Part shown: positions 1 to 13,342 of the stretch, one piece after another
Position numbering within the stretch: position 1 is the first letter of the stretch
Layout of the letters: each line of letters begins with the position of its first letter
Origin: Octopus vulgaris
Taxonomy: Eukaryota
Assembly (NCBI GenBank): GCA_951406725.2
Contig: OX597815.1
Coordinates: forward strand, 75,144,001 to 75,208,000
DNA: 64,000 nt
Direction of reading: 5' to 3'
The notes under the pieces: model-generated
Told to the model about the DNA's origin: nothing
Database searches by the model: none
The model's input: the letters and a program-made list of their open reading frames with translations, nothing else
Made by a program: the position numbers and the translations under genes

Positions 1-189
1 ATGTATATATAAATGTATGTCGTATGTATGTATGTATGTATGTATGTATGTATGTATGTATGTATGTATGTATGTATGTATGTATGTATTTATGTATGTA
101 TAAATGTTAATGTTTTTTACGCTTATTCGTAGGGACAATTCACTTAACCTTTATTACAATACACACGCGTGCACGCATACCCAAACCCA

Positions 190-243
<54 letters not shown>

Positions 244-520
244 CACGTGTATTATTTATATAACATATTCTCAAGACAACTAGATAATGCTACCGAGCGA
301 TTCCATGCTGATATCATTGTTGAAGTTGAGGTGTAAATTGGCATTCATCAGACATGGCTGAACGAGAAAGTTTGGTCTGGAAGACTCGTTCATATCTACA
401 CACCTTTGAAGCTGAATGATACCTATCTAGGGGGCAACATTTCTGTATGCCTTAGCCAGAGGAACATCTTTTAATATCTGACCCATAAATTAAAAGCCTT
501 TGACATGTACTGCCATTCCG

Positions 521-971
521 GGCGCGAAATTTTTTTCCCACGAGAGTTCCGGACCTCAGTTGTGAACTCATTTGCATACAGCCAATCAGAGCTCAACTAT
601 CAAACTAATTTATGAGCGCATAAGTTATGTGCGATAAGATAAGGTCACTTGGGTAAGAAATGGCCATGCTTCTTTTTTCTTTTAATAATGCTTGTTGTTC
701 TTGTTCTCGTTTGAACCATGGCTGCGTAGTTATTTGTGTTGTTGTTTACTTTGTAAAACAGTAAGTTGCTAACACATTACCCTCTACCCACATTTTTCAC
801 GCCCACATCTTAACCGTATGGGGTCCTAACAAAGTCCGACAATTCTTCGTCTTGAATTTGCTTGGTAGAGTGTGTTTGTTAACGTGACATGGTCAAGGTG
901 AGCTCTGATTGGCTGTATGCAAATGAGTTCATTACTGGAGTCCGGAACTCTCGTGGGGAAAAAATTTTGCC
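521..971. mobile_element. Inverted-repeat element (probable MITE/non-autonomous DNA transposon) with ~75-bp arms
   Basis: 521-595 is the near-perfect reverse complement of 899-971; each arm contains ATTTGCAT and CCAAT. Outer ends and TSD are not resolved. Confidence 0.55.
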
Positions 972-2056
972 TCCTGGGCATTGTAGACCTCAGAGTAGTG
1001 GTGACCAAGGGGCTCTTCCATAGTCAACAAAACTCCCGAAATCTCGGGCTGGAGCTTTACCGCTGGATGAAGTTTAATGTCTTGCCTAGGTCAGGGTCCT
1101 AGAACTTCTTAAAAATCACACATTTTCCCCACCGTTATAATTTCTCCAGTTAAACCACAACAAAGAACAATCTTTATTAAATAATTTATTAACATTAAAC
1201 TAATGTGGCTTTCTTATTCTGTATTACTATTTTATTTTCTCCGTTGGTAAAGTTAGATTTCAGTTTTGATAGGAATTATAAGAAATACGATGTTAGTTTC
1301 GTAATATCAATAAAAATCGTATAGCTCAATCTTCTCTCCGTACGGTTTGGTGTTTTCCTGTTTTAAATGATACAGTACGCTTTGACGTACATTTCTAAAT
1401 ATCTATAAAATTCAAATATTTTGACTTCTCTCCCTTTCTTTTTCTCTCTATTCCCCCCCTCTCTCTCATCTCTCTTATAAACCCGATGGCATGAAACAAG
1501 GGTTTCCTTGTCAGTAATTTAGCTTTTCCAGTTAAAATGAAATTAGTTTTGTGCTTATTTGTTCCAACAAACCAAATTATAATCAAAGCACAAAAAACAT
1601 TATTTAGATATTTATATAAAATCAAATTATGCAAGTTTTATGACGTGGAAGTAACAAATTATTATTCTGCTTTTTAAATCAGGTCAAACGTTAAACCAAA
1701 AGGAAGTGGAAGAATAGAATAGAATACAAGATTATAATAGAAAATAGAATCGGAGAATAGTAGAATAGAAAATTCTGTTTCGGAAAATGATTTGTCTTCA
1801 CTTAGATTTTTTTGTGAAGTGACAAAGACAAATATAAACGCATCTGACGGCTGCTGAAATTGAGCAGGGCATATTCATTAAAGAAATTTCAGCAGGGTAT
1901 ATTCAAGAAAGAAGTTTTTAAGGCATTAAAGCATGTAATATAGAACCAACGTCGCACACAGAACGACCGGTGATTTTTTGAGACATCTTTCTTTTTTTTT
2001 TTGAAAAACAGGGTGTCTTATATGTCATCGAATTAAAAGAACAATTATTTACATTT

Positions 2057-2235
2057 AGGTGCAAGGCCAGTAATTTTGAGAGTGGTAGTTAATATATTTC
2101 GTCGACACCAGATCTTGATTTACATTACTCCTTATTGACCCCAGAGGGATGAAAGTTGACTTCGGCAGGATTTGGACCGAGAACGTAGAGTTGAAACAAA
2201 TACCGCAAAACGTTTATCCAAACGCTTTGTGATTC
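2057..2235 (-). mobile_element. Diverged tRNA-derived SINE, family A
   Basis: Degenerate match to the family A copy at 60481-60712 (gaccccagagggatgaaag...gacttcggcaggatttg). Confidence 0.6.
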
Positions 2236-2378
2236 GGTAGAGTGAACATGTATATATGTACCTAATGCATACATATATGTATGTTTGCATGCGTGCGCAC
2301 ATGATGGTATATAATTGATGTGCATTTTCTCCATTACATAAATTGTATATTTATACATCGTTATCACACGCGCACACA

Positions 2379-2460
<82 letters not shown>

Positions 2461-2464
<4 letters not shown>

Positions 2465-2880
2465 TATACTTGTTTCCGTCATTTGACTGTGGCTATGCTG
2501 GAGCACCGCATTTAGTCGAGCAAATCGCCACCAGGACTTATTCTTTGTAAGTCTAGTATTTATTCTGTCGGTCTGTTTTGAACCGCTAAGTTACGGGGAC
2601 GTATACACACCAATATCGGTGTCAAGTGATGGTGGGGAGACAAACACAGACACACAAGTACATATACACACACGCACACACACATACACCCCCCCACACA
2701 CACACATACACCCCCCCACACGACGGGCTACTTTCACTTTCCGCCTTCTAAATCCACTCACAAGGCTTTGGTTGACCCGAGGCTATAGTAGTGGACACTT
2801 GCTCAAGGTGCCAAGCAGTGGGACTGAACCCGGAACTATGAGGTTGGGAAGCAAGCTTCTTACCACACAGCCACTCCTGC
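2461..2880 (-). mobile_element. tRNA-derived SINE, family B, with internal CA microsatellite
   Basis: Matches the copies at 55008-55390 and 57257-57794; the minus-strand head has GTGGCTGTGTGGTAAG (A box) and GGGTTCAGTCCC (B box). Confidence 0.8.
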
Positions 2881-2881
2881 A

Positions 2882-2936
<55 letters not shown>

Positions 2937-3038
2937 GTATGCATTTATGTATATGTGTGTTTATATATATATATATACACACATACATAAATGCATACGT
3001 ACACACACCCACCCAACGACACACATATATGTATATAT

Positions 3039-3700
3039 AACGGGAAGCTTTATGAAAATAGACAAAAGACGAAGGCAGGTGGAAAACAAACGAACAATTG
3101 TATTAGTATGGCGCTCAGGAAATATAAATAAAACAAGTCTTTAACGTTTCGAGCCTACGCTCTTCAACAGAAAGATACACAGAGAGAAAAAAAACACAGA
3201 AAGAAGGAGAGAAAAAAATGCGTGCAGTAGCTAACGAATCAACATGGCGATCTGATTTCGGCCAGAGGTCAAAGATCAAACATGAGACGCGAGAGCGAAA
3301 TAAGGGGAGATAATAGGGTTGATAATAGGGTTGATAATAGAGTTGAAGGACCAGCTAATAGTGCGTAGGAGGGGTCTGGACGTGTGTATGTATAGGGTTG
3401 GTGTATGTATTAGTATGTATAAGGGTGTGTGTGTGTGTGTGTGTGTATGAGAGAGTATTAGTGCGTAGGATTGGTCTGGACGTGCGTATGTATGGGGTTG
3501 GTGTATGTATTAGTATGTATTAGTATGTATTAGTACGTATTAGTATGTATAAGTGTGTGTGTGTGTGTGTGTGAGAGAGTATAAGTGCGTATGAGGGGTC
3601 TGGACGTGTGTATGTATAGGGTTGGTGTATGTATTAGTATGTATTAGTATGTATTAGTACGTATTAGTATGTATTAGTTGGTGTATGTATTAGTATGGCA
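3039..3700 (-). mobile_element. Penelope-like element 3' tail (CA-rich tandem subrepeats plus terminal hammerhead)
   Basis: Three ~100-120-bp subrepeats (gtgcgtagga..tctggacgtg) next to an HHR and a CCTGAGCG..TAATAC motif homologous to the tail at 43897-44020, which follows a GIY-YIG C-terminus. Confidence 0.6.
3138..3175 (-). ncRNA. Minimal hammerhead ribozyme variant (PLE type)
   Basis: Minus strand reads UCUUU-CUGUUGA-A-GAGC-GUAG-GCUC-GAAA-CGUU-AAAGA; stems I and II pair; A6U core change. Confidence 0.6.
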
Positions 3701-4518
3701 CATCATATATGATGTGATGTGTAAAGTCGTGTGGTGTAGTGAGGAGAAGAGGGGGAGGGGGAGAAGAGGGGGGAGAGAAGGGGAGGGGAAGAAGAGGGGG
3801 AGGAGAGGGGGAAGAGGAGAGGAGGGGGAGAGAGAGGAGGGGGAGAAGGAAGGGATATATATATATATATATATATCTGTATATGAAACACATTTTATTG
3901 ATTTATTTATATATTTTATCATTTGTTTACTTTTCTATTGAGTTTCTTTTTTCTTTCTATTTGTCTCTTTTCTTTTCCCTGGATTGTGAAACTTTTTGCT
4001 CCAACACTCGATTCTCTGTCAATTTAATTATTCCTTTTTAAATATATTATTGACTTCTTTTTTTTTGTTTTTTTTTTGTTTTGCTCCGATAGCAATAGTA
4101 ACGACCGTTTTAAACATATATGCACACATACATATATATATATATACATACATGCCTACGCATATATATATATATATATATATTATAGACAGAATGAAAA
4201 TGACTGGATGAAAGGATTGTACAGGTCATTTCTAAATGTGTGCTTAATAATAAATAAATGAATGAATGAACAGTGGGTTTATTTTTTTTATAATTCACTT
4301 TACTATCATGTGGGAAACATTGACTGCCACTACAAACTATTTCCACACCTTCTATATATTTGTGGCTCCAGGCTAATTTGTAAAAAGTAAAACGATGTAG
4401 CAACTGTAAAAAGTAAAACGATGCAGCCTCTGTATATAAATAAACATTGACAAAGTGGGTGTACATCAAAGAAATATAAGTAAACGTCATATAAGATCAA
4501 TTTCTACACACACAAGGC

Positions 4519-4862
4519 ATACATACATACATACATACATACATACATACATACATACATACATGCATACATGCATACATACATACATACATACATACAT
4601 ACATGCATACATACATACATACATACATACATACATGCATGCATACATGCATGTATACATACACACATACATGCATACATACATACATGCATACATACAT
4701 ACATACATACATACATACATGCATACATGCATGTATACATACACACATACATGCATGCATACATACATACATACATACATACATACATGCATACATACAT
4801 GCATACATACACGCATACATACATATACATACATACATACATACATACATACATACATACAT
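4519..4862. repeat. (TACA)n/(TGCA) compound microsatellite
   Basis: Seen directly; one of dozens of TATG, TA, CA, TAA, TAG and TATC arrays in the window. Confidence 0.95.
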
Positions 4863-5281
4863 AAGCGTTGTGTTGTGTATGCGTGTCGAGTGTGTATGTG
4901 TGTGTATTGTGTGTATGCGTCTATGTGTAGTGTGCATTTTGTGTGTGTGTGTGTGTGTGCTAATGTGTACGTGTGCTAATGTGTGTGTGTATGTGTGTAC
5001 GCACGCGCATGTGATAGCATTTTAAATGAAGTGCTCTACCTCCTTTACATGAACTGAATCTACGTCGGGATCTATTTTGGTTTGTTCTTTGTGTGCGTGT
5101 ATGTGTGTTTACACACACACACACACGCATATACACACATATATACACATACATATATATATACTTACACAAATATACATATGCGTATATACTTATATAT
5201 GCGTAATATACATACGTACGTGTATATATTGTATAAATTTAAATATATTCATATGTATTCTTTTGTTCTTTTGTTCTTTTG

Positions 5282-5322
5282 TAAATACACCAGCATCGGT
5301 TGTCAAGCGATGTTGGGTGACA

Positions 5323-5381
<59 letters not shown>

Positions 5382-5545
5382 GCGACGGACTTATTTCAGT
5401 TTCCGTCTATCAAATCCACTCATAAGGCTTTGGTCGGCCCGAGGCTATAGTAGAAGACACTTGTCCAAGGTGCTACGCAGTGGGACTGAACCCGGAACCA
5501 TGTGGTTGGTAAGCAAGCTACTTACCATACAGATACTCCTGCGCC
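5282..5545 (-). mobile_element. SINE family B, partial
   Basis: ggctatagtagaagacacttgtccaaggtg...gggactgaacccggaaccatgtgg matches family B. Confidence 0.75.
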
Positions 5546-5632
5546 TATGTATATATATAATATATATTTAAATATATGTATATGTATGTTTAAATGTATC
5601 TACTTCTACATATATCTACAGATGCAATACAT

Positions 5633-6085
5633 GGACGCTTTTTGGGTAGTGTTGTATCATGGAGTCACTGAGTATTTTGGTTCCTACAACATACTCCCTT
5701 ATCCAGCTTAGGTTGATCAACCTTAGGCCTGAGTCCAAATGGCATTTTATTGATCCCACTTGTCGCCTCTTTTTAACCAAAACTATCTTGATATCGCCTC
5801 CGCAGCCGCTATATTGCTCTGAATAGCTCTTTGTCTTGTTCTTGATTGTTCCATTCTTTCAATGTCCAAGGTTTCATAGTATTTTCTAAGGAAACAACTG
5901 GCTAATCTGCGATTGTTCACCTTCACTGGCAGACACCTAATTTTTTTTCTGTTCCCGAGACAGCTCTCCACCAACTGTTAATACTTTGCTCTCTTCCTCT
6001 CTTTCGTCTCCTTCCATCCTCTCTTCCCAAGACAAAGTTAACTTCACTAAAAATGAATCATGATAATGTCTGGCTTCAACAAGGG
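5633..6085 (-). pseudogene. 3' fragment of a HERO-like RLE non-LTR retrotransposon
   Basis: Frameshifted minus-strand translation gives LKPDII..SWEERME..RKRAKY..LVESC..RCLPVKV..RAIQ..AAAEAISR*FWLKRGDKW, resembling the HERO RLE C-terminus, then a 3'UTR. Confidence 0.6.
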
Positions 6086-7501
6086 TTTGATGAAATATAA
6101 TGAGAATTTCAAAGACTTCGTTTCGTCAACACTCATCACACAACCACTCACTGGGAAAAGTAAACGAACGTAGCAAACTTGGGTCTTTTCTTCGACCGAT
6201 GTCTCTCATTACGAATGCAATTTTTCTCTGCCCGTAGCGAGAGCATTTCTTCTGTTGCTAATCACAGAGGGTTTTGAGGGCACTTAGTTCTGCCTTCAGT
6301 ATGGTTTTCACAGCATCTTTTGTTCTGGACTTCTATTTCTGTTCTGTGTTTCTTCATCAGCAGATCGGTAAAAGATATATAAATATACATATATATTTAT
6401 ATGAGTAAGCTTTAAACAATCTATGAAAAGTCGACAAGAGAAAGTCATAGAGTATAGCTGCACAGCAGATGTGACCAACTCAAATGTCCTTTACAAATAT
6501 AATTTGTAAGTGAAACAGTAAAAATATGCAAAATTTTTCTAAAGGTCACGATGCAACAATTATCGTTATTGTTATCTAAATTCTAGAGGCAGAGCCCTTT
6601 GTTTCTTTATAAGAACCAGTTTCTTCCTTTGAGGAAGAATTCAAATAAATAAAAAAAAGTAGTCATACATTCATAACTACATACACTTACATACACACAT
6701 GCATACATATACACACACAATCATACATACATACATACATACATACATACATACATACATACATACATACATACATACATACATACATACATACATACAT
6801 ACATCTGTTTTTAAACATACATGCATACATATTCCGGTCCTAAGTTAGTAAATTTAGGACGGTGTTATGGAGTACGATTGACTTCGACGTTGGTAGGTTA
6901 AGTTGAATAATATATGACCAGGTAGATTTGTGTAAGCGGAATGTATAGGTTAATAAATTTTGAATTTAAGGTTAGTTTTAGCAAGTTAAGTGTCCATAAA
7001 TTATTTAGGTAATTGTTATTGGAAAAGAGAGTATGTTGTAGTTGTTGGTTTTGTCTGTGATTGAAAAACGCATTCTGGCTAAATCATATTAATATAAATT
7101 AATGTATCGAAGTGTAATATTACATAAAAGAACATAATATAATATAATACAATATAATATAATGTAGTGTAATAAAATATAAGGCGGAATATAGTAATGT
7201 AATAAAGGGAAATAATATAACATATATGAACGTAATATAACATACGGTGTAATGTTAATGAAAGAGGTGATAAAAAAATGGCCGCAAGGTACGGTATAAC
7301 TGTGTGTCTAAGGTATATGAACAGACGTACAGAAATATAGATTTACAAATGGGTATGTAAATGTTTAGATGAATTCACACGCATATACAGCTTTACGGGT
7401 AAACTTGTTGATACTTTCAATAATGTATATATATTCCTACACACACATATACACACATATATATGTATACATATGTATTTATATATATGTATTTATATAT
7501 T

Positions 7502-7540
<39 letters not shown>

Positions 7541-7656
7541 GTATACATACATACATACATACATACATACATACATGCATACATGTTTGTGTGTTTGTAC
7601 ATACACACAGAGAAAGACATTGTAATATAATGGTTATACATTTTGTACTGTAACCT

Positions 7657-8425
7657 TTTGGCAAAAGGAAGGGAGATATATTGGGCCTTTATGGATCTAG
7701 AGAAGGCATATGACCGTGTGGATAGGGATGCAATGTGGCAGGTGTTGCGGTTGTATGGAGTAGATGGTAGATTGTTGAGAGCTGTACAAAGTTTCTATAC
7801 AGAAATTAGGGCGTGTGTTAGGATGGGTGGTAAAGTAGTGGGTGGTTTGATGTGAAGGTGGGGTTAAGACAAGGTTGTGTGATGTCTCCGTAGCTGTTTA
7901 ATCTATATATGGATGGTGTGGTGAGAGAGGTGAATGCTACGACTTTTGGTAGTGGGGCCCAAATGGTGGAAGAAAATGGAGAGAAATGGCAGATGAGACA
8001 GTTGTTGTTGGCTGATGATACAGCACTGGCATCGGATTCGGAAGAGCAACTGTGGGGACTTGTGGTAGAGTTTGGAAGAGTGTGTGAGAGGAGGAAACTG
8101 AAAGTGAATGTAATTAAAAGTAAGGTGATGCGATGTTCGAAAGCTGGAATGGCTGCTAGGATGAATGTGAGTATAAATGGTGAGATGCTAGAGGAGGTGA
8201 GTGTTTTTAAGTATCTAGGATCACATGTGACGGCGGATGGGATGGTTATAGGGTGAGGGAGGGGAGTAAGATATTTGGAGTTGTGAAAGGTATGCTGAGA
8301 GATAAATGGTTGAGTATGGAATCGGCGGGAGGTGTGTATGGGGGTGTGATTGTGCTAACAGTGTTATATGGTGCAGAGACGTGGGGTCTGAGAGAGGAGG
8401 AAATGAGGCAACTATGGGGAATAGG
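7657..8425 (+). pseudogene. RTE-group LINE reverse transcriptase fragment
   Basis: AFMDLEKAYDRVDR, GLRQGCVMSP*LFNLYMD, LLLADD, KLKVNVIKSKVM, FKYLGS, VLYGAETW; disrupted by stops and frameshifts. Confidence 0.85.
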
Positions 8426-8920
8426 CTTTGGTAAATATGACATTTTGTACGTTGGGCTTCATGTAACAAGAAGCAAATGATAAATAACAAATCGGAGCTT
8501 ACCAGGGAACCACAATCTTTTCCACCACAGATGTGACAAATGCAGGTGTCTCTTGCAGAAGATCTACAAAGAACTTATCACCTATGCTGACACATTCTTT
8601 TATTCCATCATGGAATGTTTCATTGAAATGTTTTACCTTAATAGGGATGCTGATAGACATGTGAAGAAAAAAATCTAGTGAAATCCTATGCCTGAAACTT
8701 TTTAAAGTGAGGAAAGCCTTGCACTACATACATACATAGATGCATACATGCATGTATGCATGCATACATACATACACACATGCATGCATGCATACATATA
8801 TACATATATACATACGTATATATACATACATACATACAAACACACACGCATACACACACACACATGCATACACGTATACATACATACATACATACATACA
8901 TACATACATACATACATACA

Positions 8921-8954
<34 letters not shown>

Positions 8955-9314
8955 CATACATACATACATATTCTTCGTATAGGTATCCTTTGTTATATAA
9001 GCGTAAAAAATAATAAAGACCACAAAGATGCTGTTGTGTAACTGAAAATAAAGATCAACTGTTTTCTGTGTATTTTCTCAAAACACCAAATTCGACAATT
9101 AAAATTGCGGACAGTGACCTCAAGATGAAAGGCAATTTAATCACTGAATAAAATCGTCCTTACGTAGTCTGTATCACTGGTTACTGAGTCAATCAAGCGT
9201 TCATACATCTCGCCATTCTGAAACATTTATCATCGTCAGATAATATTTGAGCCATTCACAAATGAAATCTTTTCATGCCACTAGATTTTAGACACCTTTG
9301 AATGGAACCGTTGG

Positions 9315-9373
<59 letters not shown>

Positions 9374-9790
9374 GACGGAGAGAGAGAGAGAGATGAGAAA
9401 GAGAAAAAGAGAGAGGGGGAGAAGCTAAGGGATAAGGAAAGGGAGCGCTTTCGACGCCTGCTGTATAGCATTGTTTGCATTTTCTTGAAAACAATGTTAA
9501 CAGATGGCTGAATTTCATTGAGATTGTTGGACCTTACAGATCGAGGCAGCGAGGCAAGTCTTTACCTTGAACTAACATGAATGTTTTGCGAATGGCTGAC
9601 ATGGCTAAACGGGTTCCGATTTACTTTTAATTTCCATAATCTTTAGACGCATATGATTGATTCCTGAAATTGTGCCATTTTTTAAGACAAGGAAAAGCTT
9701 TCGTCTTTTGATAATGACATTTTTGAAAAATATATCAAATAATATGCATACATACATACATACATACATGCATACATACATACATGATAT

Positions 9791-10270
9791 ATGATGGCTG
9801 CCCCATCGTTATCGAGTATGGCCACTGCACGAAGCTTAACTGTTATTGGTGCTGTGATCGAATGTGACTTTTATTTGCTTTTTAAGGTTACAGCCAGCCA
9901 TTCAGTTGAGACTCACAGCACTATCAACAATCATGAACAATGTTGTTATCGTGCAATGCCTGTGCAAGAAGATTTTTTTAAAGTGAGCAAAGGCTGTGCA
10001 CTGAGTCAATTGCACTCACTAAGCAACAGCAGCCATAATCCGAAAAGAAGAATAAGTCAACATCATCGGTAACCACTGAGCCGCAGGTTTTATGTCGGAG
10101 TTATCCCAGTTACCTGAGTTACCTGAGTCCTTCACTCCCAATGGTTTAACCGCGCGATCGGGTATTCAGTCCGATTATTTCTATGTCCCGGCGCATGATA
10201 CAGCCTTAAGCCTTAAGAGAGAGAGAGAGAGAGAGAGAAAAAAAAACACATTTATTGGATGGCCGTTGGC
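9791..10270 (-). mobile_element. Non-autonomous RTE derivative (putative 5'UTR joined to 3' tail)
   Basis: 9791-9873 is the reverse complement of the tail at 62578-62657; the rest is GC-richer non-coding sequence resembling an RTE 5'UTR. Confidence 0.5.
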
Positions 10271-10307
10271 TCTCAAGAGTTCCTCCGCCCTTTGACGGGT
10301 TTTGTTT

Positions 10308-10445
10308 TTCTTCCCGCAGGGTGTCCAGTAAACACCTTCCTCACCAAGCAAGCTTGGTGGGGTTGCTGGTTTAGTCGCCAACGGCCCGACCATGCCACAG
10401 GTTGTACTGAGTTACATGTTACCAGTAGCACTCAAAAGTGACCTG
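10308..10445 (+). mobile_element. RTE 5'UTR-like fragment
   Basis: Near-identical to 62420-62555 (cccgcagggtgtcca...caccaagcaagcttggtggggttg..ggtttagtcgcc). Confidence 0.6.
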
Positions 10446-10565
10446 ACATAACATACATACACACATACATACATACATACATGCATACATACATACATAC
10501 ATACATACATACATAAACACACACACACACACACACGCGCGCGCGCACATACACACAGATCTATA

Positions 10566-11020
10566 TGATGATGGCCGTCCACTCGTGACCGTGGAAAACC
10601 ATTGCTGACCTTCAGGAACATTGTGCGCTCTAGGACTAACTTACATTTTGTATTTGCGACTCTGTTGGTGGCTAATGAACCCTGCACTTGACAAGCATAC
10701 ATCACTGCAAACATTGCAGACCAAGCTTTCCCCATTCACTATACGAGCTGTGCGCTTTCGTGCAGCTTGCTTAAGTTCTTCATGCTGGATACGTGCTCTC
10801 TCAAAAGTGTCAATCCTCTCCTTAACCTGCTTCCTCCATCTGTGGCGATGACAGGCATTGTTCTCCCAGTCAGTGTCCTGCATATCACAGGCCTTTAATG
10901 AGGACTTGACACAGTCCTTAAATTGCAGCCTTGGTTTCTGCCGGAGTCGCCTTCCATTCACAAGTTCTCCATAGAGCATCTGCTTAGGAATCCTTCTATC
11001 CTTCATTCTAATAAGGTGTC
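10566..11020 (-). pseudogene. RTE (BovB-like) LINE 3' end
   Basis: HLIRMKDRRIPKQMLYGELVNGRR..KPRLQFKDCVK..CNVCSDVCLSSAGFISHQ* zinc-finger-like C-terminus, short 3'UTR and (CAT) tail. Confidence 0.85.
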
Positions 11021-11514
11021 TCAGTACTGTTGTAATGTTCCAGCCTGCACCAGAAAATTCATATGTGGAACCAGCTATCTTGGTTGAAGGAACAATTCTG
11101 AAAATAGTAGACAAGTTTGTTTTCCTGGGCAGCACACTCAGCCGTTCTTGCTCCCTGGATGATGAAATATCTTTCAGGCTGCAGAGAGCAACTAATTACT
11201 TCGGGTCTATTCAGTCTCGTGTCTGGTCCCAGCATGGCATCACAAAGCAAACAAAAATTGATGTGTATCGTGCATGTGTACTGACATCGCTCCTTTACTC
11301 AGGTGAGACATGGACCCTTTGCAAACGTCATGTAAGGGTCCATGAACGCTTTCATCAGAGATGTCTCTGACACATTCTGAATGTTGGCTGAACCTTAAAA
11401 ACTCCAGACACACAGGTTCTGAGGACAGCTGATATCTTAAGTATTGAGGCGATGGTGCACAAGCACCGGTTACGTTGGACTGGGCACCTTGTTAGATGCT
11501 ATATGGGGAACTTG

Positions 11515-11519
<5 letters not shown>
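11021..11519 (+). pseudogene. RTE LINE RT C-terminal segment, inverted relative to 10566-11020
   Basis: VMFQP..VDKFVFLGSTLS..TKIDVYRACVLTSLLYSGETW..RFHQRCL*..RLRWTGHLV. Confidence 0.85.
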
Positions 11520-11560
<41 letters not shown>

Positions 11561-11567
11561 CATATAT

Positions 11568-12451
11568 TGAAGGGGATGTAAAAAATTATTCGCACTTTCA
11601 TCAAAACTACACTGCCTTCAGCGCTCGCCCATCAACGTTCACCAATGATGCGAAGGTTCAACAAGCTTGAGAGGTGGTTCTGGCAAACTAACGAGGCACT
11701 ATCGTTGTGGTGGAATGTTCTCTGCCAATTAGTCATGGTTTTGCATCCGAAATTATCCACGACAAGCTTGGCTTCCGTAAAGTCTGTGCGAGATGAGTAC
11801 GAAGATGAGACCTAAATCCATCACTTTGAGCCCAAACCCAGAATATAGAGTATTAAGTGGAAACATCCGAAATCGCTAGCGAAAAAAAAAAGAGAAAAAA
11901 TCTATGACTCAACCTTTCGCAGAAAAAGTGATGCTAACCATTTTTGGGCACGCAAAAGAGCCTATAGTGGAACATTACCTGGCAAACGGTCTACAGTATA
12001 AGCTACAGTGAAATACTGGCTGACAATTCACACCAAACGCTAGCAATTCCCACTAAACGCCGAGATCTATTGTCAATGCAAATGTTATTGTTGCACGACG
12101 AAAATGCACGCACACATACGGCCGCCCATAACGTTGAAACCATCGAAAAATTGGGTTTCGAGTTGCTGAAGCACCTTGCTGTAACTCCCCTTCCAACTAT
12201 CATCTCTTTGTACCGCCCAAACACCCTTTACGAGGTCATTGATTTGCTAAGGAGAAGAAGTGCAGCAAGCACTGAGTCACTAACTGAAAACCATCTTTCT
12301 CCGATGGAATAAGACAGCTTGTGGACCGCTGGAGGAAGTGCATCGGAAAGCAAGGAGACTACGTTGAAAAATGATGTAATTGTTCAACCACTGCGTTTGG
12401 TTTAATAGATTACAGAAACAAGAGTATGTATATTTTTTGAGATACCCTCGT
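11568..12451 (+). mobile_element. Degenerate, internally deleted mariner-family transposon
   Basis: LGFRKVCAR, DET*IHHFEP, KVMLTIF and LLHDENARTHTA (DNARPH-like) remnants; ends gaaggggatgtaaaaaatt / ttttttgagataccctcgt resemble diverged TIRs. Confidence 0.65.
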
Positions 12452-12737
12452 TTATATAAACATAAGAATATAAATTTGTATTGTGTGTCTGTGCGCGCGC
12501 CTCTGCGTGCATGTGTGTGCGTGTGTGTGTTTGTGTTTCTATGCATGATGAAAGTCAACCTGTGTCCGAGTACGACCACTTCACCACTTCTTGGAAAATT
12601 TCAAGTTTGTTGAATGTTACCATGGAAACTCCCAAAGAGAGGGAAACCGCATGCCACCTGGATTCCAGCCAGTTTTGGAATTAGGCGAGCTTTGTTTAGA
12701 AATTTCTAGATCCTTTCTAATTAACAGGTAAGTAGTA

Positions 12738-13342
12738 AACACTTTGGGTAGAGAAGGGTATGTTCAAAGTGACTGAGCAGAGACTAGTAGATCAAGCTAA
12801 TGCTATTAAGGGAAGAAAGTGGATGACAAAATTGGAGGTGGAAGAGATCAGAAGAGAACTGAGAAAGAAAGACCAGGCAGTAGGAAAGATAAACAACAAT
12901 ACAGGAGATACATCTCAACCCAAAGAAGAACCTAAAGGAAAAAATAATAGTAGCGCTACCAATAAGGAAGGGACAACTAGCACCAGCGATTTAAGTGATT
13001 TAAGGGAGGAAGTTCAGAAGATTTTAGATGAGTTGCAGAAAGTAATGAATAAAGAAAAAGATTGCCAGAATTAAAAGGTACCAACAGAAAGAATTTGCTA
13101 GATATGACTAGGAAAGTAGATTCTGTTATCAGTAGGGTAGATACTAAATATATAAGAGACACTAACTTATTGATCTATGCAGGAGGGGTAGTAGTTAATA
13201 GAAGATCAGATATTCCACAAGGAGAGATTAGAAAAGAGCAAATGTGGAAAAGGAGACAACAAAATAAAGTGAAAACTTTAAGACAAGATCCGAGTAGAAT
13301 AGAAGCCTGGAAACTGAATAAGTTAGGAAATACAAGACTTAA
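12738..13342 (+). pseudogene. R4/Dong-like non-LTR retrotransposon, N-terminal fragment
   Basis: TEQRLVDQANAI..LEVEEI, DTNLLIYAG and WKRR..KVKTLRQD.SRI motifs typical of R4-clade ORFs. Confidence 0.7.

Noticed and set aside
3360-3680. CRISPR-like repeat array
   Set aside because: Eukaryotic low-complexity tandem subrepeats without unique spacers or cas genes.
6238-6367. AG...GT-bounded candidate exon
   Set aside because: Stop codons in all three frames.
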